Shown one piece after another: positions 26,912-36,956 of a DNA stretch of 64,000 bases. Source of the DNA: an uncultured Clostridia bacterium (GTDB lineage Bacteria; Bacillota; Clostridia; TANB77; CAG-508); NCBI GenBank assembly GCA_947649935.1, contig CANSTR010000001.1:6280-70279 (forward strand). The letters are read 5' to 3'. Under the pieces are notes generated by a model that saw only the letters and a program-made list of their open reading frames with translations, had not been told where the DNA came from and ran no database searches. How positions within the stretch are numbered: position 1 is the first letter of the stretch; every line of letters starts with the position of its first letter. Position numbers and translations under genes: made by a program.

Positions 26912-29167
26912 TTAAGTTGTTTCTTTTGCTTCTTCATTTTTCTTTTTGGCACGCATATTTTTTACCACTTGCACAAGAATTGTTATTGCTAAGCATACAG
27001 CCGTGTATCCCATCATGATTCCTATGTTATGGCTTGCTACGCCATCTCTTTGCATAACAACTGCTTCTTTTGTTAGCTTAATTGTGTAGGTCATTGGCAA
27101 ATATGGACTAATTTTTTGAAATGCCTCATCAATCAATGGGATTGGGAACGTTCCTCCAGATGCCGCAAGTTGCAATACCAAAATTAACAAGCCTAAGAAT
27201 TTACCAACTTCCCCAAAATTCACAATCAAGAATTGTATGATGCTCATAAACGTAATCGCAATTAATACGCAAGAACCATAATATAATCCGTAATTTTGAA
27301 TGTCCATATCCAATCCTAAGTCTAGCAAGAATGCTGTTACTAAACCTTGAACTACTGCCAATCCCAAATACAATGCACATTGTACTAATTTATGATCTGC
27401 AAATTTGCCCATCCATTTGAACCTCTTCTCTTGGTCATAATACAATACGACATACGCCATTAAAGCTCCAACCCATAGTGCAACCGATATAAACAATGGC
27501 GTAAACGCAGTACCATACGCCGTCACTTCTCCATAGTCAACTTCTTCGATTTCAACAGAATCTTTGACAAATTCACTCAAGCCATCCAATTTCACTAACT
27601 CTTGATTTGCCTCGTTCATTCCTTCTTGCACGCCATCTTTCAATGTTTGGATACCATTCTTCAATTCCAAACTTCCGTCATACGCAGATTGTGTTCCATT
27701 TTTCAAAGTGGCTAAAGCCTCTTTTACTTTTCCAGAGGAAGAACTCAATGTTCCTAACCCATTTGTCAAAGTTTGCGAACCTGTTTGCAATTGACCTGTT
27801 CCCGAACTTAATGTATTCACGCCACTTTTCAAGTTTTCGGTTCCAGATTTCACTTGCGTCAAAGCTGTTCTCAAAGTCGTTACACCACTCATTAATGCAT
27901 TTAAACTTTGCGTTGTCTCTTGCCCTGCTAGCTGATTTGCTCCTGCGCTCAAACTCTGTGCGCCAGGATTTAACTGATTGACAACTGCTTGATTGACAGA
28001 TGCAATTCCACTATTCAAGTTTGCCATATTCGTATTCAAACTGCTTGCTCCCGCCTTTAGCGCCTCTCCACTTGATGCCAAGCTACTTACATCTGTTGCC
28101 AACAAACCTGCAATATATGGATTTTGCATTAAGGTTGGATCTGCGTTAACTGCTGCTGTTAGGGTACTGACAATATTGGAAACACTGCTGTTTACAGTAT
28201 CCACATATTGCGTTACTCCTGCATTTAACGTGCTTGCGCCTTGTGCCAACTGACTTGCGCCACCAGCCAAAGTTGGTGTGCTTTGCGCCAACTGATTAGT
28301 TCCAGCTGCCAATGAATTGCCTCCTGCTGTCACCTGATTCATTCCATCCACCAACTTGTTAATTCCAGCGCCTGCACTTGCTTCCAAAGTGCTTGCTCCT
28401 GTATTAATTTGTGTGATAGCGGAGTCCAATTGATTCGCACCAGACGTCAAACTTCCAACGCCATTGTTCACCTGCGAAATACCATTTCCTAATGTCTGGC
28501 TTCCTGTATACGCTGTTGTGACGCCATTGTCAAATTCTGTGTAACTATTGTTTAGTGTTGCTACACCATTGTTGATTTCGCTTAAGCCGTTGCTTAGCGT
28601 TCCTGCGCCGTCTAATAACTGTGTTGCTCCATTGTCAATTTCGGTTAAACTTTCTGGCACAGATTGCAATTTTTCTGCCAATGTCTTGACAACTTTTTCT
28701 GCCACTTGACTTTGCAACTCCGTTTCTGCTGCTGTCACAACTTTATTAATAATTTGTGACGCTAAGTAATTGTATTTTTGATTTGGCGAATAAGTTATAG
28801 TCGTGATTTTTTTATCTGTTGTAGAAGCACTATTTAAGTATTTGGTAAACGTATTTGGTATCGTAATCACTGCAAAATAATCTTCCTCAATTAAACCTCG
28901 CTCGGCTTCTTCTTGGTCAACTTGCTTGATTCCAATGACGTCTTTTTCAACCAGACTATCTACAAACTGCTGCCCTAGATTTTCACCATCCTCTCCTCCT
29001 TCGTCTAAATTGACCATAGCAATTGTCATATTTTCCAGCTTCCCATACGGGTCCCAATAGGACTTTAAATAGAAGAAACTATACATGATTGGAATGCATA
29101 AAACTGCTATGAGTACAACCACTTTTTTGATGTTTGTTATCTTGTTTTTGTTCATACTTTCCTCCAT
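26912..29167 (-). CDS. YhgE/Pip domain-containing membrane protein
   Basis: 751 aa. N-terminal TM, long extracellular helical/repetitive region (TLxNGxxQLxxG repeats) and a C-terminal cluster of ~5 TM helices, which is the YhgE/Pip topology. TetR gene adjacent. Confidence 0.6.
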   Translation of the reverse strand: MEESMNKNKITNIKKVVVLIAVLCIPIMYSFFYLKSYWDPYGKLENMTIAMVNLDEGGEDGENLGQQFVDSLVEKDVIGIKQVDQEEAERGLIEEDYFAVITIPNTFTKYLNSASTTDKKITTITYSPNQKYNYLASQIINKVVTAAETELQSQVAEKVVKTLAEKLQSVPESLTEIDNGATQLLDGAGTLSNGLSEINNGVATLNNSYTEFDNGVTTAYTGSQTLGNGISQVNNGVGSLTSGANQLDSAITQINTGASTLEASAGAGINKLVDGMNQVTAGGNSLAAGTNQLAQSTPTLAGGASQLAQGASTLNAGVTQYVDTVNSSVSNIVSTLTAAVNADPTLMQNPYIAGLLATDVSSLASSGEALKAGASSLNTNMANLNSGIASVNQAVVNQLNPGAQSLSAGANQLAGQETTQSLNALMSGVTTLRTALTQVKSGTENLKSGVNTLSSGTGQLQTGSQTLTNGLGTLSSSSGKVKEALATLKNGTQSAYDGSLELKNGIQTLKDGVQEGMNEANQELVKLDGLSEFVKDSVEIEEVDYGEVTAYGTAFTPLFISVALWVGALMAYVVLYYDQEKRFKWMGKFADHKLVQCALYLGLAVVQGLVTAFLLDLGLDMDIQNYGLYYGSCVLIAITFMSIIQFLIVNFGEVGKFLGLLILVLQLAASGGTFPIPLIDEAFQKISPYLPMTYTIKLTKEAVVMQRDGVASHNIGIMMGYTAVCLAITILVQVVKNMRAKKKNEEAKETT

Positions 29168-29173
29168 TCTTTT

Positions 29174-29740
29174 TTATTTCATTTCTAAACCATTCTTTAG
29201 TAAATTGATGATAGTATCTGCAATTAACTTTTCATCGTTTTTTTGAGTGTCTTGATTCCATTCTAGCAAAATGGCAATATACATCTTGTAAATAAGAAAA
29301 GCCATTACATCAATGTTTTCGACGTGAATTTGCTTTTGCTTTACTGCAATTTCCAATTTTTCTTTGATGTAGTTCTGAATCGCATTGTTGATGACTTTTA
29401 GATTTTCGATGATGACTGGATTTTTGAAGGATTCGGATTCTTCCATAATAATTTGCAAAAAGTTTCTTTTTTGCGTGTATTTGATAATTTCGCAAATGGT
29501 TTCATGAAGATTTTCAAAAAATGATTTGTCTGCATCTTCGGTGTCTTCTACAATTTTTTTCATATTTTGAACTTCTTCATTTAAAAAATATTTTAGAAAT
29601 TCTTCCTTATTTTTGAAATAGCTATAAACCGTTTTTTTCGTAACACCAGCTTCTCTTGCTATTTCATCCATGGAAACCCTTTTGTAGCCATACTTTCCCA
29701 AAAGTTTTTTTGCAGCACTTATAATTTGTTGTTGTTTCAT
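29174..29740 (-). CDS. TetR/AcrR family transcriptional regulator
   Basis: Start MKQQQ at 29740 (RBS GGGAGG). TetR HTH (VSMDEIAREAGVTKKTVYSYFKNKEE). Confidence 0.8.
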   Translation of the reverse strand: MKQQQIISAAKKLLGKYGYKRVSMDEIAREAGVTKKTVYSYFKNKEEFLKYFLNEEVQNMKKIVEDTEDADKSFFENLHETICEIIKYTQKRNFLQIIMEESESFKNPVIIENLKVINNAIQNYIKEKLEIAVKQKQIHVENIDVMAFLIYKMYIAILLEWNQDTQKNDEKLIADTIINLLKNGLEMK

Positions 29741-30058
29741 TGTCGCCTCCCATCTTTTACCATCATTTATTCTTTGGTTTGTAAAGGTAATAAGTATACT
29801 GTTTCTGTATAATAGTATACTATGTTTTTTACAAATTGTCAACCTATTTGGAAAAATTTTACGTTACATTTTAAATTTTTATAAAAATAGAATCGTAAAA
29901 GAGGATTAACTAAAATCAATCCTCCTAAACTTTAATTATATCATATTTTTGCCGTTTTGTCTACCATGTTAACCTTGCATTTTGTCAACTAAACCTTACA
30001 TTTGCCAAAAATTTGTAGGCTGAGATTAACATTTTATATTATTTCTATAAAAAACACG

Positions 30059-30095
30059 GGCGACTGATAGTCGCCCCTACTGTTTTTCTACATTT
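30059..30095 (-). terminator. GC-rich hairpin + CCCCTAC element (copy 3) acting as intrinsic terminator of the MBL-fold gene
   Basis: GGGCGACTGATAGTCGCCC stem-loop. On the minus transcript it is followed by GUGUUUUUUAU, and on the plus strand by CUACUGUUUUUC. Confidence 0.65.
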
Positions 30096-30807
30096 CAATT
30101 TCGTCGCCATCCATTGGGAAATGGACGGCGCTTTTTTGTGGTATTTCGTAATCGCCACGATGCAACGCATAAAATTGACAATTTGGATATTGGTTGGCAA
30201 TCTTTTCGTAATCTTCTAATCCCATGTGCGAATCGTTTGTTTGTAATTTGGTGGCATCGGAAAACATGTAATCGGCTTTCTCGCAAATATCATAAAATTC
30301 ATCAAAAAGAGTGGTGTCGCAACAATACGCTATTTTTTGATTTTCTTTTTGCAAAATATAACCATAAATTGTTTTGCAATTTCCGTGCTTCATTGGAACT
30401 GCTGTTATTGTAAAATCAGGTCCTTCAAACACTTCATGCTCACCCAGTTCGCAAAATTGAATATTCTTTTTTTCTTCAATGTTATCATATTTATGTTCAT
30501 CCCCATCCGCATGCGTAAACTTCATCAATTCTATGACTTTATTTCTAAGACCTTTTGGTCCAATAAACGTGATGATTTGCTCATCTTTGTTTCGTCTGCC
30601 AATTAATAAATTCGGAATATCCAAAAAATGGTCTGCATGATAATGCGAAATGCAAACATATTTGACGGATTCCTTATAAAACTTCAATCTTTCAATCTGC
30701 TTAATCGTTCCCATACCGATATCAAACAAAATGTCATGCACCATCATACTCGTATTACACCTTGTTCTACATCCCATCGTGCCTGTACCAATCAACTTGA
30801 TTTTCAT
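30088..30807 (-). CDS. MBL-fold metallo-hydrolase
   Basis: HxHxDH motif (CISHYHADHF) and downstream His/Asp ligands. Confidence 0.7.
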   Translation of the reverse strand: MKIKLIGTGTMGCRTRCNTSMMVHDILFDIGMGTIKQIERLKFYKESVKYVCISHYHADHFLDIPNLLIGRRNKDEQIITFIGPKGLRNKVIELMKFTHADGDEHKYDNIEEKKNIQFCELGEHEVFEGPDFTITAVPMKHGNCKTIYGYILQKENQKIAYCCDTTLFDEFYDICEKADYMFSDATKLQTNDSHMGLEDYEKIANQYPNCQFYALHRGDYEIPQKSAVHFPMDGDEIEM

Positions 30808-32063
30808 GCAAAAACCTCCTTATATCGATTTTTCGATAAATATTTTTGAATTAATCCATAGGCTAAATAAGCTCCCCATACGCCTATAATCCCCAAAGGA
30901 GTATACGATAAAATAAAAGCTAATATAATTTTTGCAATAGAACTGATTACATTTCTTTTTGCTAGAAATTCGAAATCTCTAACCCCTCTTAAAATGGCAA
31001 AATAATAGGTTGCACTCATGGTTACATAAGTTCCAATCATTAGCAGTGGCAACACTTTATAAAATATGCTTTGTAATTCTGGTTCTTTTAGCGAAATCTT
31101 CATAACCACAATTGCTATGATAAAAATTAGAATTGGAAAAATAAAAGAACCTATTGTAATAACTTCTTTTGCCACTTTTTTTACATTTTCCATTTCCGCT
31201 TTTGTCTTATTTCCAGAAGCAATTCCAACACTAATCGTTAAACCATCTCCAAAACCTTGAATAAAAGCCTCATATATATTAGCAATTTGAATCAAAATAA
31301 CATGTACTGCATATTCTAAGTTTCCCATTCTCGCTACAATTAAATTGAAAATAAAATTGTCTATTCTAGAGGCAATTCTCTCTACAAAATTCCATTTAAA
31401 TAACTGAAATATTTCTAAAAAATAAGACTTGACAAATCGATACTTTACTGTATTTTTGGATTTTATTAATAAGTAAATAGCAAGTGCTGTATCAATCCAA
31501 ACCGTAACCCATGCAACACCCTGGATTCCATAACCTAGTCTAACAGCCTGTAAATCCAATATCAAATTAAAAATTACTGCAATGATTCTTAATTCTAAAA
31601 TATTTCCTTGATTGCCAATTGTTCTCTCAAAACCAGACAACACTGTAACAATGGAACTTTGAAGAAAGCCCAGTAATCTTATGCTTAAATAAGTAATACA
31701 GATTTTGTCTACTTTAAATAAGCTTGGAAAAATTGGTCGCACAATAAATACAATTAAGATGATAATTACTGAAAGCAATACGGTTATTATCATTGTATTG
31801 CCAATCATTAAACTCTCTTTCTGTTTATTTTTTTCGCCAATTGCTTTTGCTATTAGCGTATTATTCGAAACATCAATCGTTTTGATGCTCATCTGCATCA
31901 TATCAAGAATTACACCCATTGCACCAAGTGCTGCTAATTCTGTTGTTCCTAATATCGAAATAACTAACGTATCGACTAAAGTCATGAGGATATTGATTAA
32001 ATTTTCAAAAGCAATTGGTATGGATATTTTTAATTGTTTTTTTATATTTATTTTTGCATCCAT
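30804..32063 (-). CDS. MATE family efflux transporter
   Basis: 419 aa, 12 predicted TM. MATE-like N-terminal region (INILMTLVDTLVISILGTTELAALG). Confidence 0.7.
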   Translation of the reverse strand: MDAKINIKKQLKISIPIAFENLINILMTLVDTLVISILGTTELAALGAMGVILDMMQMSIKTIDVSNNTLIAKAIGEKNKQKESLMIGNTMIITVLLSVIIILIVFIVRPIFPSLFKVDKICITYLSIRLLGFLQSSIVTVLSGFERTIGNQGNILELRIIAVIFNLILDLQAVRLGYGIQGVAWVTVWIDTALAIYLLIKSKNTVKYRFVKSYFLEIFQLFKWNFVERIASRIDNFIFNLIVARMGNLEYAVHVILIQIANIYEAFIQGFGDGLTISVGIASGNKTKAEMENVKKVAKEVITIGSFIFPILIFIIAIVVMKISLKEPELQSIFYKVLPLLMIGTYVTMSATYYFAILRGVRDFEFLAKRNVISSIAKIILAFILSYTPLGIIGVWGAYLAYGLIQKYLSKNRYKEVFA

Positions 32064-32083
32064 GTCAACAATCCTTAATTATA

Positions 32084-33355
32084 TTACAACAACCTCTTCG
32101 CGATTTTTTTCACTTCTCTCATCACTTCTTTTTCATTAATCTTTATCATTTTTCGATTTTGCATAATGATATTTCCATCAATCATAACGGTATCAACATC
32201 TGCGCCGTTAGCTGAGTAAGCGATGTTTGCGCAAACGTCATTTTCTGGACACAAATGAATTTTATCGGTTTTGATAAAAATCATATCCGCCTTTTTGCCG
32301 ACTTCTAACGTCCCAATTTCGTCTTCCAAACCTAGCACTTTAGCACCTTCAATGGTTGCCATTTTTAGAATTTCGTAAGCTGTGATAGAAGTTGGATTCT
32401 TCGTTTTTACTTTTTGCAAATACGCCGCCATTTTCATTTCTTCAAACATATCCAATGTTGCTGTACTGCCAATTCCATCTGTGCCAAGTCCAACATTGAT
32501 ACCATTTTTTCTAAGTTTCACAACATCACAAATCCCAGAAGAAAGTTTGCAATTGCTGATTGGATTGTGCGAAATGCCCCCTTTGATATTTTTCAAAATC
32601 GCAATATCGCTATCTGAAATATAAATTCCATGTGCCAACACAACTGGCACATCAAAAACGCCCAAATCATTCAAATATTCGGTTCCACGTTTATCGTATC
32701 TTTCATAAATTGTTTTTTCCTCGTCCAACGTTTCTGACAAATGGATATGAAGCCCTGTTTTCAACTCTTTCGCCAAATCGACACACAATTTTATCGTGTC
32801 CGGATTACACGAATAGGGCGCATGTGGCGATGTAAATATCTTGATTCTACTACCTGGAACATTGTACTTTTTCGCATATTCGCGCGTCTTCTCGACTTTA
32901 TCACGAATCGCATCATCCGTCATACACCACGCGACAACTGCTCTTAAGCCTGTAGCTTCAATAGACTCAATCACTTTATTCATGCCAAAATACATATCAT
33001 TGCAAGTCGTTGTTCCTGACTTAATCATTTCAATGCACGACAAAAAAGAGTTCCAGTAAATATCATCTGGCTCCAATTTGTCTTCCACTGGAAAAATAGC
33101 ATTTTCCAGCCAATCCATTAACTTTTGGTCATCTTTGTAACCCCTGAAAATACTCATTGCCAAGTGTGTGTGTGTGTTCACCAAACCTGGCATCACAATC
33201 ATATTTTTCGCATTTATTTTTTCGTCAACTTGTTCCTCTATTTCTGGCTCTATTTTCGCAATTTGATTTCCACTAACTAAAATATCAGCTTTTCGAAGAT
33301 TGGCTTCTTCTCCTACCATGTCCAAAATATAAGCATTTTTGACTAACTTTTTCAT
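32084..33355 (-). CDS. Amidohydrolase family protein (MtaD-like 5'-methylthioadenosine/S-adenosylhomocysteine deaminase)
   Basis: Start MKKLVK at 33355 (RBS AAAGGGG). Metal-ligand HxH (VNTHTHLAMS) and HAPYS / HLSE motifs. Confidence 0.6.
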   Translation of the reverse strand: MKKLVKNAYILDMVGEEANLRKADILVSGNQIAKIEPEIEEQVDEKINAKNMIVMPGLVNTHTHLAMSIFRGYKDDQKLMDWLENAIFPVEDKLEPDDIYWNSFLSCIEMIKSGTTTCNDMYFGMNKVIESIEATGLRAVVAWCMTDDAIRDKVEKTREYAKKYNVPGSRIKIFTSPHAPYSCNPDTIKLCVDLAKELKTGLHIHLSETLDEEKTIYERYDKRGTEYLNDLGVFDVPVVLAHGIYISDSDIAILKNIKGGISHNPISNCKLSSGICDVVKLRKNGINVGLGTDGIGSTATLDMFEEMKMAAYLQKVKTKNPTSITAYEILKMATIEGAKVLGLEDEIGTLEVGKKADMIFIKTDKIHLCPENDVCANIAYSANGADVDTVMIDGNIIMQNRKMIKINEKEVMREVKKIAKRLL

Positions 33356-33385
33356 GAATTTTACCCCTTTTATCTTTTTCATTTG

Positions 33386-34309
33386 TTACTGATTTCGACG
33401 ATTATTTTTCTCTTCTTTTTCCAATTTCTCCAATTTTTGCAACTCTTTCAAATCTTCCTCATTGTCTGTTTCGATTTTGTCATCGTCATGTTTGTTGGAA
33501 TCTTTGATAACAACCACATCTTTTGCATTGTATTTTTTGAAAAAAGTTTCGCCATTTTCGTGAAATTTGACGCGTACAATTTCTTTCAATGTTTCCACAG
33601 AAGATACTTCGCCAACGCCATCTTGCGTTTTCACTTCTGCCCCAATTTTAGGCAAACCTTTTAATTTATCACAATAAACGTCATGTTCATATTTCAAACA
33701 ACACATCAGCCTTCCACAATTTCCCGAAATTTTACTTGGATTCAGCGACATATTTTGCTCTTTTGCCATTTTAATCGAAACTGTTTCAAAATTGCGCAAA
33801 AAAGAACAACAGCACAATTCTCGTCCACAAATTCCATTTCCACCTAATCGTTTGACCTCATCTCTCACGCCAATTTGACGCAACTCAATTCTGGTCTTAA
33901 AAATCGCTGCCAATGCTTTTACAAGCTCTCGAAAGTCAATTCTTTTTTCGGAAGAAAAATAAAAAGTCAATTTGCTTCCATCAAATTTGTATTCTGCCTC
34001 AATCAACTTCATTGGCAAATCGTATTGCTTAATTTGCTCCAAACATTTATCAAAAGCATCTTTTTCTTTGCTTTTGAATTCTTCATACATTTTTCTTTCT
34101 TTATACGAAGCCACTCGAATTACCTTTTTAAGTGGCTCGACGACTTCGCCATCTTCGACTTCCTTATTCGGAATCGTAACAAAAGCATACTCTTCCCCCT
34201 GCGCCGTATCAACAATCACATGCAAGCCCTGTCTCAACTTCAAATCTCCTGGGTCAAAATAATATACTTTTCCCGATTCTTTAAATTTTATTCCTACAAT
34301 CTGTTTCAT
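33386..34309 (-). CDS. ricT: PSP1-domain stage 0 sporulation protein YaaT/RicT homolog
   Basis: PSP1 C-terminal domain with conserved Cys cluster (GRELCCCSFL…GNCGRLMCCLKYE). Conserved holB-yaaT synteny. Confidence 0.8.
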   Translation of the reverse strand: MKQIVGIKFKESGKVYYFDPGDLKLRQGLHVIVDTAQGEEYAFVTIPNKEVEDGEVVEPLKKVIRVASYKERKMYEEFKSKEKDAFDKCLEQIKQYDLPMKLIEAEYKFDGSKLTFYFSSEKRIDFRELVKALAAIFKTRIELRQIGVRDEVKRLGGNGICGRELCCCSFLRNFETVSIKMAKEQNMSLNPSKISGNCGRLMCCLKYEHDVYCDKLKGLPKIGAEVKTQDGVGEVSSVETLKEIVRVKFHENGETFFKKYNAKDVVVIKDSNKHDDDKIETDNEEDLKELQKLEKLEKEEKNNRRNQ

Positions 34310-35222
34310 TATATATACCTTTCCTCATACACTCCCACATATCCATAAACATAGAATCAAGACACATATCAAAATTACAATTGCGTCTTAAACGCATGCG
34401 GCAATTGTTGATAATTTCAACGCAGTCCAAATATCTTTTATTTTCCAAATTTTTCTTGAACAGATAAGCTGTCATGTATCCTAAAAAATCATCAGCTTCT
34501 TCTTTATCATAGAGAATTTTGGCTTGATTCATAATCTGCACCATATCTTGATTTGGTAAATCATCCACAATGCGTTTTATGCTTGATAACTTGTCCTGAT
34601 TTTGTTTATGTACCATCATTTGTGCAAAGCTTCCTTCGAAAGAATCTAACATATCTTCTGTAACTTCGGTATAACCCAACTTGTCCATCGCGTACTTTCG
34701 TAATTCTTCGTCTGAAATATTCTTAAATTTAATCGTCATACATCTTGATTTTATGGTATTTAAAATCAAATTTTCTCTAGCAGAAATTAAAATGATAATC
34801 GCAAATTCTGGTGGTTCCTCCAATGTTTTTAGCAAACAGTTTTGCGCTTCAACTGTCATTTTTTCGCAATCATTTATCACATAAACTTTTTTGCTAGAAA
34901 CAATTGGTGGCTCGATAACTTTGCTAATCATTTCTCGAATTTGTTCAATTTTAATCGTATCTCCTTGTTCATTCAAGACATAAAAATCTGGATGATTTTG
35001 ACCTTCAAAACTTTTACAAGATTTGCATTCACAATCATCCTTTTTCTCCTCCTTTAAGCATAAGACTTTTTTAGCAAACTCCTTCGCCATAAGAAGTTTG
35101 CCAATTCCCTCTATTCCAACAAACAAATAACTTTGCGACATCTCGCCTGTCATACTTGCTTTGCTTAAATATTCCTTTATTTCTCTATTTCCAATGAGAT
35201 TTTCAAAACTCATTTGCAACAT
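34281..35222 (-). CDS. holB: DNA polymerase III delta' subunit
   Basis: AAA+ clamp-loader pattern (YLFVGIEGIGKLLMAKEFAKKVLCL…CECKSCK). Synteny with yaaT. Confidence 0.75.
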   Translation of the reverse strand: MLQMSFENLIGNREIKEYLSKASMTGEMSQSYLFVGIEGIGKLLMAKEFAKKVLCLKEEKKDDCECKSCKSFEGQNHPDFYVLNEQGDTIKIEQIREMISKVIEPPIVSSKKVYVINDCEKMTVEAQNCLLKTLEEPPEFAIIILISARENLILNTIKSRCMTIKFKNISDEELRKYAMDKLGYTEVTEDMLDSFEGSFAQMMVHKQNQDKLSSIKRIVDDLPNQDMVQIMNQAKILYDKEEADDFLGYMTAYLFKKNLENKRYLDCVEIINNCRMRLRRNCNFDMCLDSMFMDMWECMRKGIYNETDCRNKI

Positions 35223-35237
35223 CCTTTCTTGTACATT

Positions 35238-35867
35238 TTAGTCAATTTTACCAAACTGATTCAATGGCCAAAATCTTAAAACAACAATGCCTTCGACTTT
35301 TTCTACTGGAATACAGCCAATTTCCCTACAGTCTGTGCTGCTGGTTCGATTATCACCCATTGCAAAAATATAACCTTCTGGCACAATGAAATCATAAAAT
35401 GCTTTTGACTGTGTTACAACATCTGGTTGCAAATAGCTTTCTTGCAATTCTTCGCCATTGATATACACCTTATTATTTTCAATCACAACATGTTGCCCTT
35501 CTGTTGCAATCACTCTTTTGATATAACTTCTCTTAGTTAACTCTAATACATAATAAACAAATTTGCTAAACACTCCTGTTGGCTGTCTATCATACACAGC
35601 AACTGGATTGCTTTGGTCAGCATTTTCCCTCGTAAACGTTCTGGTTGGTGCTTCAAATGTAATGATATCGCCAACCTTTGGAGTTTTTTTGGTGATTCGA
35701 AGCGTTCGATTTAATACCAAACGTTGATTTGCTTGCAAAGTTGGATACATCGACCTTTGTTGTACAATTGTTGGAGTTCCTATAAAATAGCGAAATAGCA
35801 ATGCCAAAACCAATGCTATGATAATGCAATAAATCCACTCCAATATATTTTTTATTTTATCATTCAT
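35238..35867 (-). CDS. lepB: Signal peptidase I (S26)
   Basis: N-terminal TM. Catalytic Ser/Lys boxes (…SMYPTL…, KRVIATEG, GDNRTSSTDCREIG). Confidence 0.8.
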   Translation of the reverse strand: MNDKIKNILEWIYCIIIALVLALLFRYFIGTPTIVQQRSMYPTLQANQRLVLNRTLRITKKTPKVGDIITFEAPTRTFTRENADQSNPVAVYDRQPTGVFSKFVYYVLELTKRSYIKRVIATEGQHVVIENNKVYINGEELQESYLQPDVVTQSKAFYDFIVPEGYIFAMGDNRTSSTDCREIGCIPVEKVEGIVVLRFWPLNQFGKID

Positions 35868-35910
35868 TTAAGTTTCCACTTCCTTGTCAAATAATCGTTA
35901 CTTTCTAATT

Positions 35911-36936
35911 TTATTCTTCTTTTTTCTTTCTAGTCGTTTTTTTGGTTGTCTTTTTTTCTGTTTCTTTTTTGGTTGGAGTTTTCTTTGTTGTTTTTTTCGC
36001 TGGTTCTTTTTTATCAGCTGCTTTTTTTGTTGTTGATGTTGCTTTAGTAGTTTTTGTTGTTGTCTTTTTTGCTGCCGTTTTCTTTGGTTCTGTTTCCTTT
36101 TTGGTCGTCTTTTTTGTCGTTGTTTTTGTTGTTTCTTTTTTAGCTGGCGTTTTCTTTGTAGCTTTTTCTTCTTCTTTTTTCGCCGTCTTTTTCGTTGTTG
36201 CTTTCTTTGTTGTTTTCTTTTCTGCTGGTTCTTCTTTTGCTACTTTTTTGGTTGTTTTTTTAGCTGTCGTTTTTTTCGTTTCTGTTTTCTTTGTTGTTTT
36301 TGTTGCTTTCTTTTTCTTTGGCTCTTCGTCTTCTTCTCCACTTAGGTTTCGATTCATTTGCATTAAAAAGTCATCTTCTAGACTGATTTCTGTGTCTTCA
36401 TCATCCTCTTCTTCTATTTCATCTTCATCATCTTCTTGTTCTTCTTCTAAAACTTCTTCGCTGAAAAATTCATCTAATTGGAAATTAGATTTTCTCTTTC
36501 TTGGCTGAGGTTTTGGTTCTTCCTCTTCTTCTTCATATTCGTCTTCATCTTCATCATCTTCTTCGTCTTCCTCGTCGTCATCATATTCATATTCGTAATC
36601 ATCCTCATCTTCGTCATCATCTGAATCATCAAATGAATGATATAGTGATTCTTCTTCCTCAGTTTCAAAGTCGTCATAATCGTCATCATCATAATCATCA
36701 TCGTCGTCAACAATTCCATTGGCTTTTTCTTCTTGCGATTTATCTGTTTTATAACTGATGACTAAAACAAGCAAAATCAGAACGACTCCAACCCCTACAC
36801 AAATCCATTTTAAGCCACCAAATCCCTGGCTAACAGATTCACCTGCAGTTGTCGCATACGATACTCCTGTTCCAAATAAAATTATCACCATTACTATTGC
36901 TATCAATACTTTTTTCATTTTTTTAATCTTTTCCAT
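35911..36936 (-). CDS. Membrane-anchored bipartite low-complexity protein (poly-D/E/Y acidic block followed by K/T-rich basic repeats)
   Basis: 341 aa with an N-terminal signal/TM. Residues ~70-200 are almost entirely D/E/Y. Residues ~210-341 are TTKKTTKK-type repeats. Confidence 0.5.
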   Translation of the reverse strand: MEKIKKMKKVLIAIVMVIILFGTGVSYATTAGESVSQGFGGLKWICVGVGVVLILLVLVISYKTDKSQEEKANGIVDDDDDYDDDDYDDFETEEEESLYHSFDDSDDDEDEDDYEYEYDDDEEDEEDDEDEDEYEEEEEEPKPQPRKRKSNFQLDEFFSEEVLEEEQEDDEDEIEEEDDEDTEISLEDDFLMQMNRNLSGEEDEEPKKKKATKTTKKTETKKTTAKKTTKKVAKEEPAEKKTTKKATTKKTAKKEEEKATKKTPAKKETTKTTTKKTTKKETEPKKTAAKKTTTKTTKATSTTKKAADKKEPAKKTTKKTPTKKETEKKTTKKTTRKKKEE

Positions 36937-36956
36937 TTTCCTCTCTCCTTTTATCT

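Noticed and set aside
26912-29167. YhgE/Pip protein as the missing T7SS EsaA/YueB
   Set aside because: It is 21 kb from essC, has an adjacent TetR regulator typical of stand-alone Pip genes, and no other T7SS genes are nearby. It is kept only as a low-priority finding.
33356-33382. Nine-codon N-terminal extension of the amidohydrolase (MKKIKGVKF…)
   Set aside because: The AAAGGGG Shine-Dalgarno lies inside it and serves the second ATG at 33355.
35942-36508. 188-aa plus-strand ORF (and 36474..36719, 36501..36758) inside the acidic/basic protein gene
   Set aside because: These are mirror-image low-complexity ORFs generated by the GA/TC-rich repeats of the minus-strand gene. They have no RBS and poly-F/V composition.
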